From positions 45,926 to 109,925 of the forward strand of contig CAIJYD010000051.1 in NCBI GenBank assembly GCA_903824785.1: 64,000 nt of DNA, in the 5' to 3' direction. The position numbers were made by a program, and so were the translations under genes. The notes beneath the pieces were generated by a model that was given only the letters and a program-made list of their open reading frames with translations, was not told the DNA's origin and did not search any database. This document shows positions 1 through 10,438 of the stretch, one piece after another. The stretch is from an uncultured Bacteroidota bacterium. GTDB lineage: Bacteria; Bacteroidota; Bacteroidia; Bacteroidales; VadinHA17. The first letter of the stretch is position 1. Each line of letters begins with the position of its first letter.

Positions 1-565
1 CTGACGGAGAATTAATATTAGTAAAAGCCCTCTTGTTCACCTCATTTTCATCAAGTTGCAAATAGCTTACATTCTGTGTCTTAATGAATTCCCTTACGGC
101 ATAATTGTGTTTACCGGCAAGATATTCTTCGAGACTATTTGTTATGGTAGTATTATAAATCGCATGAAGAGGTTCTATGGAATCGTTAATGCGCGGTATC
201 AGGATATCACATTTTATACTGTTATAATGATCTGCCTGTTTTAAAATAACATCCTTGTCAAGCAGAGGCATATCGCCTGCTAATACAAACACTGCTTCCC
301 CGGAAGCGGCTTTCAGTGCAGCATGAATCCCACCAAGAGGGCCTGCTTTCAAAAACTGATCGCTGACCATCTTATGGTTTTTATGTGCATCGAATTCTTC
401 AGGAGTGTTGGTTACAATAATTATCTCAGAGAACAGATTTTTTAACACCGATAATATTCCGGAGATAATAGTCTTTCCATTTATAACGATATTGGATTTT
501 ATTATTCCATTAAATCTGGTGTTGGCACCTCCTGCCAGAATAATCGCTGAAATATTGTTTATCAT
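1..565 (-). CDS. mobA: MobA-like nucleotidyltransferase (molybdenum cofactor guanylyltransferase family), C-terminus cut by the window edge
   Basis: Absent from the ORF track because it runs off the left edge. The reverse complement of 1..565 reads without stops as MINNISAIILAGGANTRFNG...GPLGGIHAAL...VLAGDMPLL...EPLHAIY. These are the LAGG-xx-R loop and DMP motif of the MobA family. The ATG at 565-563 shares 1 nt with the fhs stop (TAATG). Confidence 0.65.
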   Translation of the reverse strand, partial: MINNISAIILAGGANTRFNGIIKSNIVINGKTIISGILSVLKNLFSEIIIVTNTPEEFDAHKNHKMVSDQFLKAGPLGGIHAALKAASGEAVFVLAGDMPLLDKDVILKQADHYNSIKCDILIPRINDSIEPLHAIYNTTITNSLEEYLAGKHNYAVREFIKTQNVSYLQLDENEVNKRAFTNINSPS

Positions 566-2235
566 TAAAAAAGACCTGTAATGTTTCCATCAGCATCTAT
601 ATCAATATTTTCTGCTGAAGGAACAGGCGGAAGCCCTGGCATTCTCATTATTGTTCCTGCAATAGGTACAATAAATCCGGCACCTGAGGAGAGCTCCACC
701 TCTCTGATTTTAATAGTAAACCCAACGGGACGCCCTCTCTTAGTCGGGTCATCGGAGAGAGATTTCTGGGTTTTTGCAATACATACAGCCAGATCTCCAA
801 GCTCCAATTTATCAATTCTATCAAGTTGCGTTTTCGCCTTTACAGTATATTCCACATGGTCGGCACCATACATTCGTTTACATATTGTTTCAATCTTTTT
901 CTCAAATGACCACGACAATTCGTAAAGTGGTTTGAAGTTATTGCGGCTGTCGGAAATTGCCTGAAGAACCAAACGTGCCAGATCAACAGCTCCTTTGCCC
1001 CCTTCCGCCCATGAGTTGTTCAGAGCCACATTAACATCCTGTTTTCTGCAATGTTCCATAAGTTGTTCAATCTCATTGCTTGTATCAGAGTCGAACTTAT
1101 TTACAGCGACAACAGGACTGAAGCCAAACTGCTTCATATTTTCAATATGTTTATCAAGGTTATCGAAACCTTTCTTAAGAGCTTCAATGTCTTCAGTCTG
1201 AAGGCTGGTAAGCTTTGCGCCGCCATGGTATTTCAGTGCGCGGATAGTGGCAACAATTACAACGGCATTTGTTTTCAGATGCCCAAACTGTGATTTGATG
1301 TCAAAGAATTTTTCTGCACCAAGTTCACTGGCAAAACCAGCTTCAGTAACCACAATGTCGCTAAGGGAGAGTCCCATTTTAGTAGCAATTATTGTATTGG
1401 TTCCCTGGGCAATATTGGCGAATGGACCGCCATGGATAATTGCAGGAGTTCCCTCCAGAGTCTGAACAAGGTTAGGTTTTATTGCATCTTTCAGCAGTAC
1501 AGCCATAGCTCCCTGGGCTTTCAGATCTCTTGCAAAAACAGGTTTATCTGCATAAGTATATCCGACAAATATATTCCCGAGCCTTCTCTTCAGATCGGTC
1601 AGGTCTTTAGCAACGCATAATGTAGCCATAACTTCTGAGGCTGCTGTAATATTGAATCCTGATTGTCTTGGAACTCCTTCAGTAGTTCCGCCGAGTCCGA
1701 TAACAATATCGCGCAGCGACCGCTCATTCATATCCATAACCCTTTTCCAGGCAATTGTCCGGGGATCGATCCCAAGATTACCTTCCTTTAACTGAATATT
1801 ATTATCAATAAGGGCAGCAAGAAGGTTATGTGCTTTTTCAACTGCCGACATATCACCGGTAAAATGAAGATTTATATCTTCCATTGGAATAACCTGGGAA
1901 TAACCTCCTCCGGCAGCACCTCCTTTTATACCAAATACCGGTCCAAGTGATGGCTCCCTAAGTACAACCGTTGTCTTCTTACCGATAAGGTTAAGTGCCT
2001 GTGCCAGCCCAATTGATGTTGTTGTCTTTCCCTCTCCTGCCGGCGTTGGAGTTATTGCGGTAACAAGAATAAGACTGCCTTTCCTGACACGCTCTTCATC
2101 TATATATTTAAGAGGAAGTTTGGCTTTGAATTTACCATACATCTCCAGTTCATTCTGAGGAATCCCAAGCAGGGCAGCTATTTCACCTATCGGTCTTATC
2201 TCTGCTGCCTGGGCAATTTCAATGTCATTTTTCAT
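565..2235 (-). CDS. fhs: formate--tetrahydrofolate ligase
   Basis: PTPAGEGKTTTSIGL P-loop and full-length resemblance to FTHFS. Start placed at the internal Met of MKNDIEIAQ (2235), the usual family N-terminus. The longest ORF starts at 2256. Confidence 0.95.
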   Translation of the reverse strand: MKNDIEIAQAAEIRPIGEIAALLGIPQNELEMYGKFKAKLPLKYIDEERVRKGSLILVTAITPTPAGEGKTTTSIGLAQALNLIGKKTTVVLREPSLGPVFGIKGGAAGGGYSQVIPMEDINLHFTGDMSAVEKAHNLLAALIDNNIQLKEGNLGIDPRTIAWKRVMDMNERSLRDIVIGLGGTTEGVPRQSGFNITAASEVMATLCVAKDLTDLKRRLGNIFVGYTYADKPVFARDLKAQGAMAVLLKDAIKPNLVQTLEGTPAIIHGGPFANIAQGTNTIIATKMGLSLSDIVVTEAGFASELGAEKFFDIKSQFGHLKTNAVVIVATIRALKYHGGAKLTSLQTEDIEALKKGFDNLDKHIENMKQFGFSPVVAVNKFDSDTSNEIEQLMEHCRKQDVNVALNNSWAEGGKGAVDLARLVLQAISDSRNNFKPLYELSWSFEKKIETICKRMYGADHVEYTVKAKTQLDRIDKLELGDLAVCIAKTQKSLSDDPTKRGRPVGFTIKIREVELSSGAGFIVPIAGTIMRMPGLPPVPSAENIDIDADGNITGLF

Positions 2236-2395
2236 AAAGATGATATTTGAGAACAATTAATTGCGAATCTAATAATTATGCTGCAGGTGTGATAAAAAAT
2301 GTTAAATTTTCTTTAATTAACAGCGATTTATGAAATTTGTTTACCATTTACAGCCTTCTATCGGCTTCTAAAGGAATCCTCGAATAAAAATTAAT

Positions 2396-3775
2396 CTACT
2401 GCCAACCAAGAAACAGAGCTTTTGACAAGGAAGATGCATCAAGCCTGATACGCCACTCCATTGGGAAATAGTTATTCACCCTGTTGCCAATATTATTCAC
2501 AAACCCAATATTTATTCCATTGAATGTCAAGATATTCCAGCCAGGTGCTGCATTCTGAAGTACAAAATTATCGCGCCGGAGATATGAAACTGCTCCCTGC
2601 AGATCAACTTCTGAATGAGGGAAGGCATCTTTTCTTAACTTTTGCGACAAAGCCAGCTCGTGAGATGGCAGGTAATTATTCTTCTTTACGTTACAGATTC
2701 TGGTTCCTGTTTTAACGATCTTCAGATTCTGAAAGAGTTGCAAATAATCATCCATTTCACAGGGAACAGCAAAAAGCTCATCTCCCCATTTTAAAAGCCT
2801 CTCTTTTGGAAAGTCACTCCACCTTCCTGCAACTTCCAGATCTGTTTTGCCGGGCTTCAGTTCAGATATCTTCTGACTCCTGAAAGGCTTAGTTTCCTGG
2901 CTGCCTGTTTTCCGTAGAACAGAAATAAAGAAGCCTTCCCCTCTTGTCTTACCCGGATAAAAACCATAGCCAAAGATTCCCTGATAGTCGATCTCAGTAA
3001 TTCCTGCAAAGTCTGATATATTTATCCTGACACATTCAGCTTCCTGCTTGTCAGTGAGCCATTTAATATTCTCTTCATTCTCTCCCGGATTAAAAGTACA
3101 GGTGCTGTAGATCAGGATTCCGTCTTGTTTCAGTGCAGGCCAGACATCCATCAGAATCCTTTTTTGTCTGACTGAGCAATGTGCTGTATTTTCTGCCGAC
3201 CATTCATTTATGGCGACACTATTCCTGAACATCCCTTCGCCTGAGCACGGAGCATCAACCAGTATAACATCAAAGAAGCCGGGTAACCTTCCAAACAACG
3301 CGGGATCGTTCTGGGTTACCAGAGCATTTGACGAACCCCATTTTGTAAGAGTTTCTGATAGTACCGCGGCTCTCTGCCTGATTACTTCATTTGCTACCAG
3401 AAGATTCTTTTCGCCAATCAATTGTGATAAATGAGTGCTCTTTCCACCGGGGGCTCCACACAGATCAAGAACCTTAATCCTTTCCGGCAACCCTTCAGTC
3501 TGCCTCAATACCTCTTCAAGAAACATACTTGAAGCTTCCTGGGGATAGTAACATCCTGAATGAAAAATCGGATCAAGCGTATATGACGGTCGGTCTGAAA
3601 GATAATAACCTGTTTTGCACCAGGGCACAGATCCGTCATTTAACGGCTTCTTATCCCATTTTGCAGGATTAACCCTTATGCTTACAGGGGAAGGCTCATC
3701 AAGGGCATTCAAAAGAGCCTCCGGATTCAAATATTTCTGACCAGCAATCCTGTTTATAAAATCATCTGGAAGCAT
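2396..3775 (-). CDS. RsmB/RsmF-type (NOL1/NOP2/Sun) RNA cytosine-C5 methyltransferase
   Basis: SAM-binding motif DLCGAPGGKSTH and catalytic-Cys motif DAPCSGEGMFR. The length of 459 aa fits RsmF-like proteins. Confidence 0.85.
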   Translation of the reverse strand: MLPDDFINRIAGQKYLNPEALLNALDEPSPVSIRVNPAKWDKKPLNDGSVPWCKTGYYLSDRPSYTLDPIFHSGCYYPQEASSMFLEEVLRQTEGLPERIKVLDLCGAPGGKSTHLSQLIGEKNLLVANEVIRQRAAVLSETLTKWGSSNALVTQNDPALFGRLPGFFDVILVDAPCSGEGMFRNSVAINEWSAENTAHCSVRQKRILMDVWPALKQDGILIYSTCTFNPGENEENIKWLTDKQEAECVRINISDFAGITEIDYQGIFGYGFYPGKTRGEGFFISVLRKTGSQETKPFRSQKISELKPGKTDLEVAGRWSDFPKERLLKWGDELFAVPCEMDDYLQLFQNLKIVKTGTRICNVKKNNYLPSHELALSQKLRKDAFPHSEVDLQGAVSYLRRDNFVLQNAAPGWNILTFNGINIGFVNNIGNRVNNYFPMEWRIRLDASSLSKALFLGWQ

Positions 3776-3867
3776 ATATGGGGAATAAAATCCTTTTAAA
3801 GCAAAGTAAGGTAAAAATATCTTCCGCTGACTGCAATTTTATAAGCAGATTAACCACTCCGTTTTAT

Positions 3868-6225
3868 TTACTCTTTCTTTAATGGAATCCTGAAAATGGT
3901 TATACTGGCAGGACCCACCTTAACTCTATTACTAAATCTCGCAGGTTCAGGTCCGGTTATTATTACGGCCGGTTCTCTTCCGGGTTCATTGGTCGACATA
4001 TCGTCAGGTGATGTTACCCGCCATATTTCCATATCCTCAAGAGGAATGTTCCCTGTGACTGAAAGGGGAAACTCAAATGCCTCCCGGGTAGGATTAACTA
4101 CTGAAATAGTAAGAGTATCACCTCCTGTAGTCAGAGTGGAACCGATATCCAGAGGCCGGGTCTCACCACTTGTTTCAACAGGAATAAATCCGAATTTGTG
4201 CCTGTAAAGTTTCAGCACCTGGCCTGTGGCATCAAAAACCGAATGTGTGGTGTTTGTCTTGATACAACCTATCACATTAACGGTCTGTGCATAATTAGCC
4301 ATATAAATTATATCCGAGTTCTTCGAGTACTCATTGAGTCCTGCAGCGATTCCCATAGCATCTCTGAAAAAGTATCTGGTGCCGAGTTCTCCGTAGATAT
4401 ATGGACCATACCAGTAGTTCCATTCATCCATACAGATCCGGATATCTTTTCCTTTAAGGGCAGGTATAGATTTCCGGTATTCCCGGTGGGCAATGGCCTT
4501 TTCCCTGATGGCATCAGGAATCTGCTTAACATGGTTCATCAGGCCTCCCTCAGGATAATTCCCCTTATAAAAATGTTCGCTGATATAGTTAATCTTATCC
4601 GAACAGTTAGCAAGGACCATTTTATCCCAGCTGCCCAGGTCGCCGACAGCAATAAGCTTGATTGAAGGATCCACCGATCTCATCCTGTCGGCAAAGTCGT
4701 TATTCTTTTTAACAAACTGCTCCGTAGACATATGTCCCAGCTGCCAGTCGCCATACATTTCGTTTCCGATTGACCAGAATTTTACTTTCCAGGCCTCTTT
4801 ATGGCCGTTGGAAGTTCGCAATTTACCCATTGGGGTAGTCTCGTTGCCATTAGCGTACTCAACCTCCGACATTGCTTCATCTGAGTTTCCAAGTCCGGCA
4901 TTAACCGCTATATATGGTTCAGTATTAATAAGTTCGCACAGATTCATGAATTCATGTATCCCCACATCATTAGCCTCTACACCGAGCCATGCCGGATTTT
5001 TTCGTGGCGGACGTTTATCGCGATCTCCAATCCCGTCCCTCCAGTTATATCCGCTTACAAAATTACCACCCGGCCAGCGGTAAACAGGAGAATTAAGTTC
5101 CCGAAGCAGGGTCAGTACATCCGTTCTGAATCCTTCAATATTATCGGATGGCATAAGTGAAACTGTTCCTACCCATAGTTTTCCATTACCAACAGGTTCA
5201 ATTGAAAGGAGAGCATCGTGAACTAGAACTGTCGATTTGAAATTCAGTTCGTAAGTTGTATATTTATTAGTAAGCCCTTCTATTTCAACCTTTTCAATTT
5301 TATCGGCCCACTTCAGGGATACTACAGCTTTCAGAATGCCGGGAGTTGCCTTCAGTATAATCCGCCCATTATAATCAAGGTTCTCTTTTAGTCCGAGATT
5401 CTCCTGAAACAGAATTGCTTTTTTATCACCTGCTGCAGACAGAACAGGCGTTTGGTTACCTGTAAAAGGCTCTTTAAGGTCCATTGAAAGAAGATCTTCC
5501 TGACCCGATATTTTCCAGGACGAATCGTCACTTCCGGGCTGGTACCAGAACTTCCGGTCCCCTAACATCTCAGCCCAGATCCCACCGTATATGCAACGAC
5601 CCAGATGCTCAATAAACTGTCCGTAAATATAAACAGGCATAGCTTCGGCTCTTGCAGCAGTATTTATTTTAACCCCTGTTATAATTTTTTCTGACGAGAG
5701 AAGTTTCATATTCATGTCATCGAACCAGGCTCTCCCTTTTGCTTTTTTCTCAATATCGAGAAGGCAGGAGATTGTAATGCAGTCGTTATTTTCTGTTTCA
5801 AACTCATAACTTACTTGCGTCCAGCCATTTGTTCCGGACAATCCTTTAGGCTCCACAGGAAAGCCATCGATTCTGAAACCTGCCCCTTTCCCATTTTCTG
5901 AAATTATATTCTCAGTTTTAATCCAGCCGGAAAAAGTATATTTTGACCAGGGTTTAACCAGTACCTTTGTGGCCCATCGACCTGTTGCAAACCTGTCTGC
6001 GCTGATAAAAAGGCTTTTAGTCCCCTCTTTGGCAACATTGTCATAGAAATGGATTACATCTTTTGCACCTGCATCAAAGGTCCAGCCTTTTACATCAGAT
6101 CCCTCCGTTACTTCAGCTGAAGGATTCTCCATTATTCCATATTCAACACCCTTATTGGTACTGGTTCTGTTTGTGCATCCCGATATCAGGGCGGCACCTG
6201 TCAGGATCATTAGAATTTTCTTCAT
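3868..6225 (-). CDS. GH51 alpha-L-arabinofuranosidase lipoprotein with an N-terminal CBM-like beta-sandwich
   Basis: Lipobox LISGC. GH51 motifs VYRWPGGNFVSGYNWRDGIG and WSIGNEMYGDWQ. About 190 extra N-terminal residues resemble a CBM4/9-type module. Confidence 0.85.
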   Translation of the reverse strand: MKKILMILTGAALISGCTNRTSTNKGVEYGIMENPSAEVTEGSDVKGWTFDAGAKDVIHFYDNVAKEGTKSLFISADRFATGRWATKVLVKPWSKYTFSGWIKTENIISENGKGAGFRIDGFPVEPKGLSGTNGWTQVSYEFETENNDCITISCLLDIEKKAKGRAWFDDMNMKLLSSEKIITGVKINTAARAEAMPVYIYGQFIEHLGRCIYGGIWAEMLGDRKFWYQPGSDDSSWKISGQEDLLSMDLKEPFTGNQTPVLSAAGDKKAILFQENLGLKENLDYNGRIILKATPGILKAVVSLKWADKIEKVEIEGLTNKYTTYELNFKSTVLVHDALLSIEPVGNGKLWVGTVSLMPSDNIEGFRTDVLTLLRELNSPVYRWPGGNFVSGYNWRDGIGDRDKRPPRKNPAWLGVEANDVGIHEFMNLCELINTEPYIAVNAGLGNSDEAMSEVEYANGNETTPMGKLRTSNGHKEAWKVKFWSIGNEMYGDWQLGHMSTEQFVKKNNDFADRMRSVDPSIKLIAVGDLGSWDKMVLANCSDKINYISEHFYKGNYPEGGLMNHVKQIPDAIREKAIAHREYRKSIPALKGKDIRICMDEWNYWYGPYIYGELGTRYFFRDAMGIAAGLNEYSKNSDIIYMANYAQTVNVIGCIKTNTTHSVFDATGQVLKLYRHKFGFIPVETSGETRPLDIGSTLTTGGDTLTISVVNPTREAFEFPLSVTGNIPLEDMEIWRVTSPDDMSTNEPGREPAVIITGPEPARFSNRVKVGPASITIFRIPLKKE

Positions 6226-6470
6226 CTGATATCAATTTTTTATTATTAACTTTTTTTATGAAAGATAGTAATTTTTCCGGTTTGGCATTGTACTTTAGCT
6301 GCTCTTCTGATTAAAACAGATGAAACCCGCATTATCGGGCTTTATCATAAACAAGAAGAATCGAAGCTCAGCGAAGTCAGCATAAATGAGTTTAAAAATA
6401 AAATTTATGCTACCGCTAATGAATTATATTTAAGGAACAAAAACGCACAAAATTAAAGGAGGAAACAATC

Positions 6471-7514
6471 ATGGAAAATAAAATTAAATGGGGCGTTATC
6501 GGATCGGGAGGTATTGCAAGAAGAAGAACAATCCCTGAAGGTATTATTAAAGCTGAAAACGCCGTTCTTACTTCAGTATATGATATAAACAGCAACGTGA
6601 ATGCTGCTGTAGCCAGAGATTTTAATGCCACTGCCGTAAACAGCATTGAGGAACTCCTTCAATCGGGTATTGATGCAGTATATGTAGCTTCTCCGGTAAA
6701 TATGCATCCCTCCCACGTAATTACTTGTGCAGCAGGCAAAAAACATATCTTATGCGAAAAACCACTGGGGATGACAATTGAAGAAACAGAAAAAATGATC
6801 TCAGTCTGCAAAAAAGAAGGCGTCCTTTTAGGCACCTCCTTTATGATGAGGTTTCTTTCACAGCACCAGTCGGCCCTGAAGATAATAAATGAAGGAAAAC
6901 TGGGCAAGCCTGTCTATGGAAGGGCACAGTTGTCATGCTGGTATCCGCCTCTCCCCGATGCATGGAGACAGGATCCGGTTACAGGCGGTGGCGGGTCACT
7001 TATGGATATGGGCAGCCATTGTATTGACCTTATGGAGATGTTTTTCGGAAAGATCAAGAGTGTCAGCTGTTTTATCAATAATAGTGTCCACTCCTATAAA
7101 TCCGAAGACAGTGCAGTGGTATCACTGTTTTTCAGTAACGGGGCAATGGCTACCGTAGATACTTTTTTCTGTATTCCTGATAACAGCAGTAAGAATATCC
7201 TTGAGCTATATGGTTCAGGTGGTAGTATCCTGGCAAAAGGAACAATCGGGCAGGGTGATTCAGGCGAGATGACTGCCTATCTTGAAGCGGATACCTCTGG
7301 ATATAATGCACAGCAGCTGAGAAACCAGGCCGACGGAGTGGTTATCAATCCACTAGCAGTAAACACATATCGCGCCGAAATTGAAGAGTTCAGTAATGCC
7401 ATTCTCCGTAAACAGGAGCCAAAAAACAATGCATCACTTGGATTACAGAATCAGATAATTCTGGCGGCGTGCTATGAATCGGCCAGAAGCGGAAGAATTA
7501 TTGAAATCAAGTAA
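6471..7514 (+). CDS. Gfo/Idh/MocA family NAD(P)-dependent oxidoreductase
   Basis: N-terminal Rossmann motif KWGVIGSGGIARRR and an EKP motif (CEKPLG). AGGAGG-like sequence 8 nt upstream of the ATG. Confidence 0.85.
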   Translation: MENKIKWGVIGSGGIARRRTIPEGIIKAENAVLTSVYDINSNVNAAVARDFNATAVNSIEELLQSGIDAVYVASPVNMHPSHVITCAAGKKHILCEKPLGMTIEETEKMISVCKKEGVLLGTSFMMRFLSQHQSALKIINEGKLGKPVYGRAQLSCWYPPLPDAWRQDPVTGGGGSLMDMGSHCIDLMEMFFGKIKSVSCFINNSVHSYKSEDSAVVSLFFSNGAMATVDTFFCIPDNSSKNILELYGSGGSILAKGTIGQGDSGEMTAYLEADTSGYNAQQLRNQADGVVINPLAVNTYRAEIEEFSNAILRKQEPKNNASLGLQNQIILAACYESARSGRIIEIK

Positions 7515-7525
7515 CCTGAATCATT

Positions 7526-8278
7526 ATGGAAAAAATTGTGCTTGGTATTTTTACACACCCCGATGATGCGGAAATGGTATGTGCTGGTACTTTGTCGCTT
7601 TTCAGAAAAGCAGGATGGGAGGTTCATATTGCCACAATGGCACCCGGAGACAAAGGAACCGCCGAGAACTCAAGAGAAGAGATAAGCCGGAAAAGAAAGA
7701 TAGAGGGAGCCAATGCCGCAGGAATTATTGGGGCAACTTATCATTGTCTTGAGTTTGAAGATGTCTATGTATTATACGACCGTGAAACAATTAACAGAAC
7801 AACTGCTCTTATCCGAACCATCCATCCTTCAGTTGTTTTCACTGCAAGTCCGAATGACTATATGGTTGACCATGAGCTGACCAGCATGGTTGTTCAGACT
7901 GCCTGCTTTGCATCTGGTATTAAAAACATGGAGGTGGATGTCACTCCCTACGAACCGGTTCCCCATCTCTATTATGCCGATCCAATGGAAGGAAAAGACA
8001 TTTTTGGAAAGCCTGTTATTCCTTCAATGTATGTTGATATTTCAGAAGTAATAGAAGTAAAGGAGAAGATGCTTGCGCGTCACGAAAGCCAGAGAAACTG
8101 GCTACTTACCCATCATAAAATTGATGAATACATTCTTGCAATGAAACGCTTCTCCGCGAAAAGAGGTCAGGAAACTGGGGTGGAATATGCAGAAGGGTTC
8201 AGACAACATCTCGGACACGGGTTTCCACAGAATAACATTCTCTCTGAAGTTCTTGGTGATTCGGTGCTTGTAAAATGA
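7526..8278 (+). CDS. PIG-L/LmbE family N-acetylglucosaminyl deacetylase
   Basis: Metal-binding signature IFTHPDDAEMVCAGT near the N-terminus. The 250-aa size is typical. Lies 11 nt after the preceding gene. Confidence 0.8.
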   Translation: MEKIVLGIFTHPDDAEMVCAGTLSLFRKAGWEVHIATMAPGDKGTAENSREEISRKRKIEGANAAGIIGATYHCLEFEDVYVLYDRETINRTTALIRTIHPSVVFTASPNDYMVDHELTSMVVQTACFASGIKNMEVDVTPYEPVPHLYYADPMEGKDIFGKPVIPSMYVDISEVIEVKEKMLARHESQRNWLLTHHKIDEYILAMKRFSAKRGQETGVEYAEGFRQHLGHGFPQNNILSEVLGDSVLVK

Positions 8279-9384
8279 TTAACATAACAAAAAATCAAAA
8301 CAGGATTATGATGGAAAATGAGATCAAATTTCTGAGCCCGGTTGATGGAGATATGTTAAATGAATACGATGGAACAATAATTGAAGATGGTTTACTTATA
8401 AAGGTGAAGGTTCCCGCTTCACCGGGAAGAAAGTTAGAGATTAACCGGATTGAGGCAAAATTCTCAGACGGCAACTATGTGGCTGACATTATTCTGAAAG
8501 ATTACAGGAATGTCATTGTGGCGGAAGATCTGAATTCAGGGGAGAAGAACACTATAATTGTCTTCCGCCTGAAAAACATTGTCAATAAGTACAGACTCTC
8601 AGTCGACGACAATATCTGGGTTATGAAAGATCTTACCGCTAATGCAGACATATACGGATCGATCTTTGAAAACGAATATCTCAGCTTCTTCAGGCAGGTG
8701 CATGATAAATTTGGCACAAAAATCCACCTTAACTTATTTTATCAGACAGACGGATTCAATCTGTCGCAGATGACCGGTAAGTTTAAAAACGAATGGATAG
8801 AGAATGCCGGCTGGCTAAGGTTGAGTTTTCATTCTCTGCAGGATGAACCGGACAGGCCGTATATAAATGCCGGTTATGACCAGATGAAAAAGGATTGCGA
8901 TCTTGTAACGGAGCAGATCAAAAGGTTTGCCGGAGCTCAGTTGCTCGGTCCTGTAATGACACTCCACTGGGGCGAAGCTACTGTGGAAGGCTGCCGTGCA
9001 TTAAGAGATTCAGGATATAAGGTTCTGTCGGGTTATTTCAGTTTAGAAGGCCCTGATACTGTTTCATATTATACGGATGAGAAAATAAGAAAGCATATAA
9101 ATAACAGGTTCATCTGGATGGATACCGGCGAGGGGATTATATTCAGCCGGATGGCGTTAGTAATTAACACACTGGAAAATGACAGGATAATTCCATATCT
9201 CGACAGTCTGAGAAGCGATTCTCATAAACCCGCTTATGTCGATATGATGATACATGAACAGTATTATCACCCGTCATACAAAAATTATCAGTCCGACTTC
9301 AGACAAAAAGTTTTAACATCGGTAAAATGGGCAGCAGATAATGGTTATCAGCCTGCCTTTCTTGACGAGTCTGTTTTCAGCTGA
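8275..9384 (+). CDS. hypothetical protein (no motif recognised), translationally coupled to the PIG-L gene
   Basis: 369-aa ORF. ATGA start/stop overlap with the upstream gene. Alternative starts lie at the Met-Met of MMENEIKF. No recognisable catalytic signature. Confidence 0.6.
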   Translation: MINITKNQNRIMMENEIKFLSPVDGDMLNEYDGTIIEDGLLIKVKVPASPGRKLEINRIEAKFSDGNYVADIILKDYRNVIVAEDLNSGEKNTIIVFRLKNIVNKYRLSVDDNIWVMKDLTANADIYGSIFENEYLSFFRQVHDKFGTKIHLNLFYQTDGFNLSQMTGKFKNEWIENAGWLRLSFHSLQDEPDRPYINAGYDQMKKDCDLVTEQIKRFAGAQLLGPVMTLHWGEATVEGCRALRDSGYKVLSGYFSLEGPDTVSYYTDEKIRKHINNRFIWMDTGEGIIFSRMALVINTLENDRIIPYLDSLRSDSHKPAYVDMMIHEQYYHPSYKNYQSDFRQKVLTSVKWAADNGYQPAFLDESVFS

Positions 9385-9457
9385 CAGCTCATTAGAAAAA
9401 AAATGGAAATTTAATAGAGTAAAGAGTAGTATCAATTAAAATAAGGAGAAACAGACG

Positions 9458-10390
9458 ATGGCCCGGAAATTAAGTATGCTGGCACCCGAATGGTGGGATT
9501 TTACAACCTTACCCGATGATTTACTGAATGAAGCAGCAAGGCTCTCCCAAAAAGATATGCCTCACCTTTCAAGGGAAGGCTTCAGAGTTAAATTTTATGA
9601 TACTCTTGAAGATTTCTACCTTGCTGAAGCTCTCGAATATATAACTGCCTGGAAACAGGCAACAGCTGACAACCCGGTCGGGATATGCGGACCTGTTGGC
9701 CCCACAGAGCAGCTTCCACTGGTGGCCCGAATGGTAAATGAGCTGCAGATGGATCTTTCAAATGCACATTTCTGGGGAATGGACGAATGGTATGTCAATG
9801 GAAAAGAGCTCGATGCAGCAAATCCCCTTTCATTTGAGAAAGCCGACAGGGATCTCTGTTTTAACAGGATGGATAAAAAATACCGGATTCCGGATGCTAA
9901 CCTTCATTTTCCAAAAGCTGATACCCGTAATTATATCAGCAGCTGGGAAAGCGGAATCCGTTGTGCCGTTATGCAGGGAGGACAAGGTGATACAAAGCAC
10001 TGGGCTTTCAATGATCCGGTAAAAAGAGAAGGCAAATATGCTGACGCACCTCCCTCACCGGAAGAATTCAGAAAACTCACAACACGGATAGTTGACCTTC
10101 ATCCCGTAACATGCATGCAGAATGCGCGTACCAGTGCAGGAGGAGTTGTAACAGGTGTACCACGGCAGGCTCTGACAGTAGGACCTCTTCAGACATGGAA
10201 AGCAGAAAAAGTATCCATCTGGCATGCCGGCACCCACGATAATGCATTCGGACAGCGACTTACCGCACTTATGATCAGCAAAGGCATTATGGACAGTTCA
10301 GTACCTATGTCGTTGCTGGCCGGTCATCCCAATGTGCAATTCAATTACTACAGAGGCGGATTCGGCGTCTGTGAAACGGAAATGCATTAG
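9458..10390 (+). CDS. glucosamine-6-phosphate deaminase / 6-phosphogluconolactonase (NagB/SugarP-isomerase) family protein
   Basis: GMDEW resembles the NagB xMDEY motif. An upstream [10 protein letters not shown] segment sits where NagB has its glycine-rich loop. AAGGAG-like sequence upstream of the ATG. Assignment is at family level only. Confidence 0.5.
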   Translation: MARKLSMLAPEWWDFTTLPDDLLNEAARLSQKDMPHLSREGFRVKFYDTLEDFYLAEALEYITAWKQATADNPVGICGPVGPTEQLPLVARMVNELQMDLSNAHFWGMDEWYVNGKELDAANPLSFEKADRDLCFNRMDKKYRIPDANLHFPKADTRNYISSWESGIRCAVMQGGQGDTKHWAFNDPVKREGKYADAPPSPEEFRKLTTRIVDLHPVTCMQNARTSAGGVVTGVPRQALTVGPLQTWKAEKVSIWHAGTHDNAFGQRLTALMISKGIMDSSVPMSLLAGHPNVQFNYYRGGFGVCETEMH

Positions 10391-10438
10391 CCGCCATTCC
10401 TTAAAAAATGGCAGCTGATAAGTGAGAAATAATCCTGA

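Noticed and set aside
56-244. 62-aa plus-strand ORF at the left edge.
   Set aside because: It is overlapped by the motif-bearing MobA-like reading frame on the minus strand, which is open across 1..565.
581-925. Numerous 60-220-aa ORFs nested in or antisense to long genes. Examples: 581..925, 4198..4665, 13143..13604, 27068..27601, 28465..28836, 34663..35034, 58133..58744, 59630..60016, 61854..62519.
   Set aside because: Each lies wholly inside a much longer ORF that has clear family motifs, on the opposite strand or in another frame. Their translations are low-complexity or Ser/Leu/Ile/Cys-rich with no motif. They are typical shadow ORFs.
6450-9457. AGGAGG/AAGGAG Shine-Dalgarno-like sequences upstream of 6471 and 9458, considered as evidence that the operon was horizontally acquired from a non-Bacteroidota donor.
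   Set aside because: There are only two instances. The other genes of the same operon lack them, and I cannot compute codon-usage or composition differences here. The evidence is too weak for a transfer claim.
10391-10438. Possible bidirectional terminator (GCCATT...AATGGC) between the convergent NagB-like and permease genes.
   Set aside because: The stem is only 6 bp and AT-rich, with an 8-nt loop and no clear U-tract. That is not enough to call a terminator.
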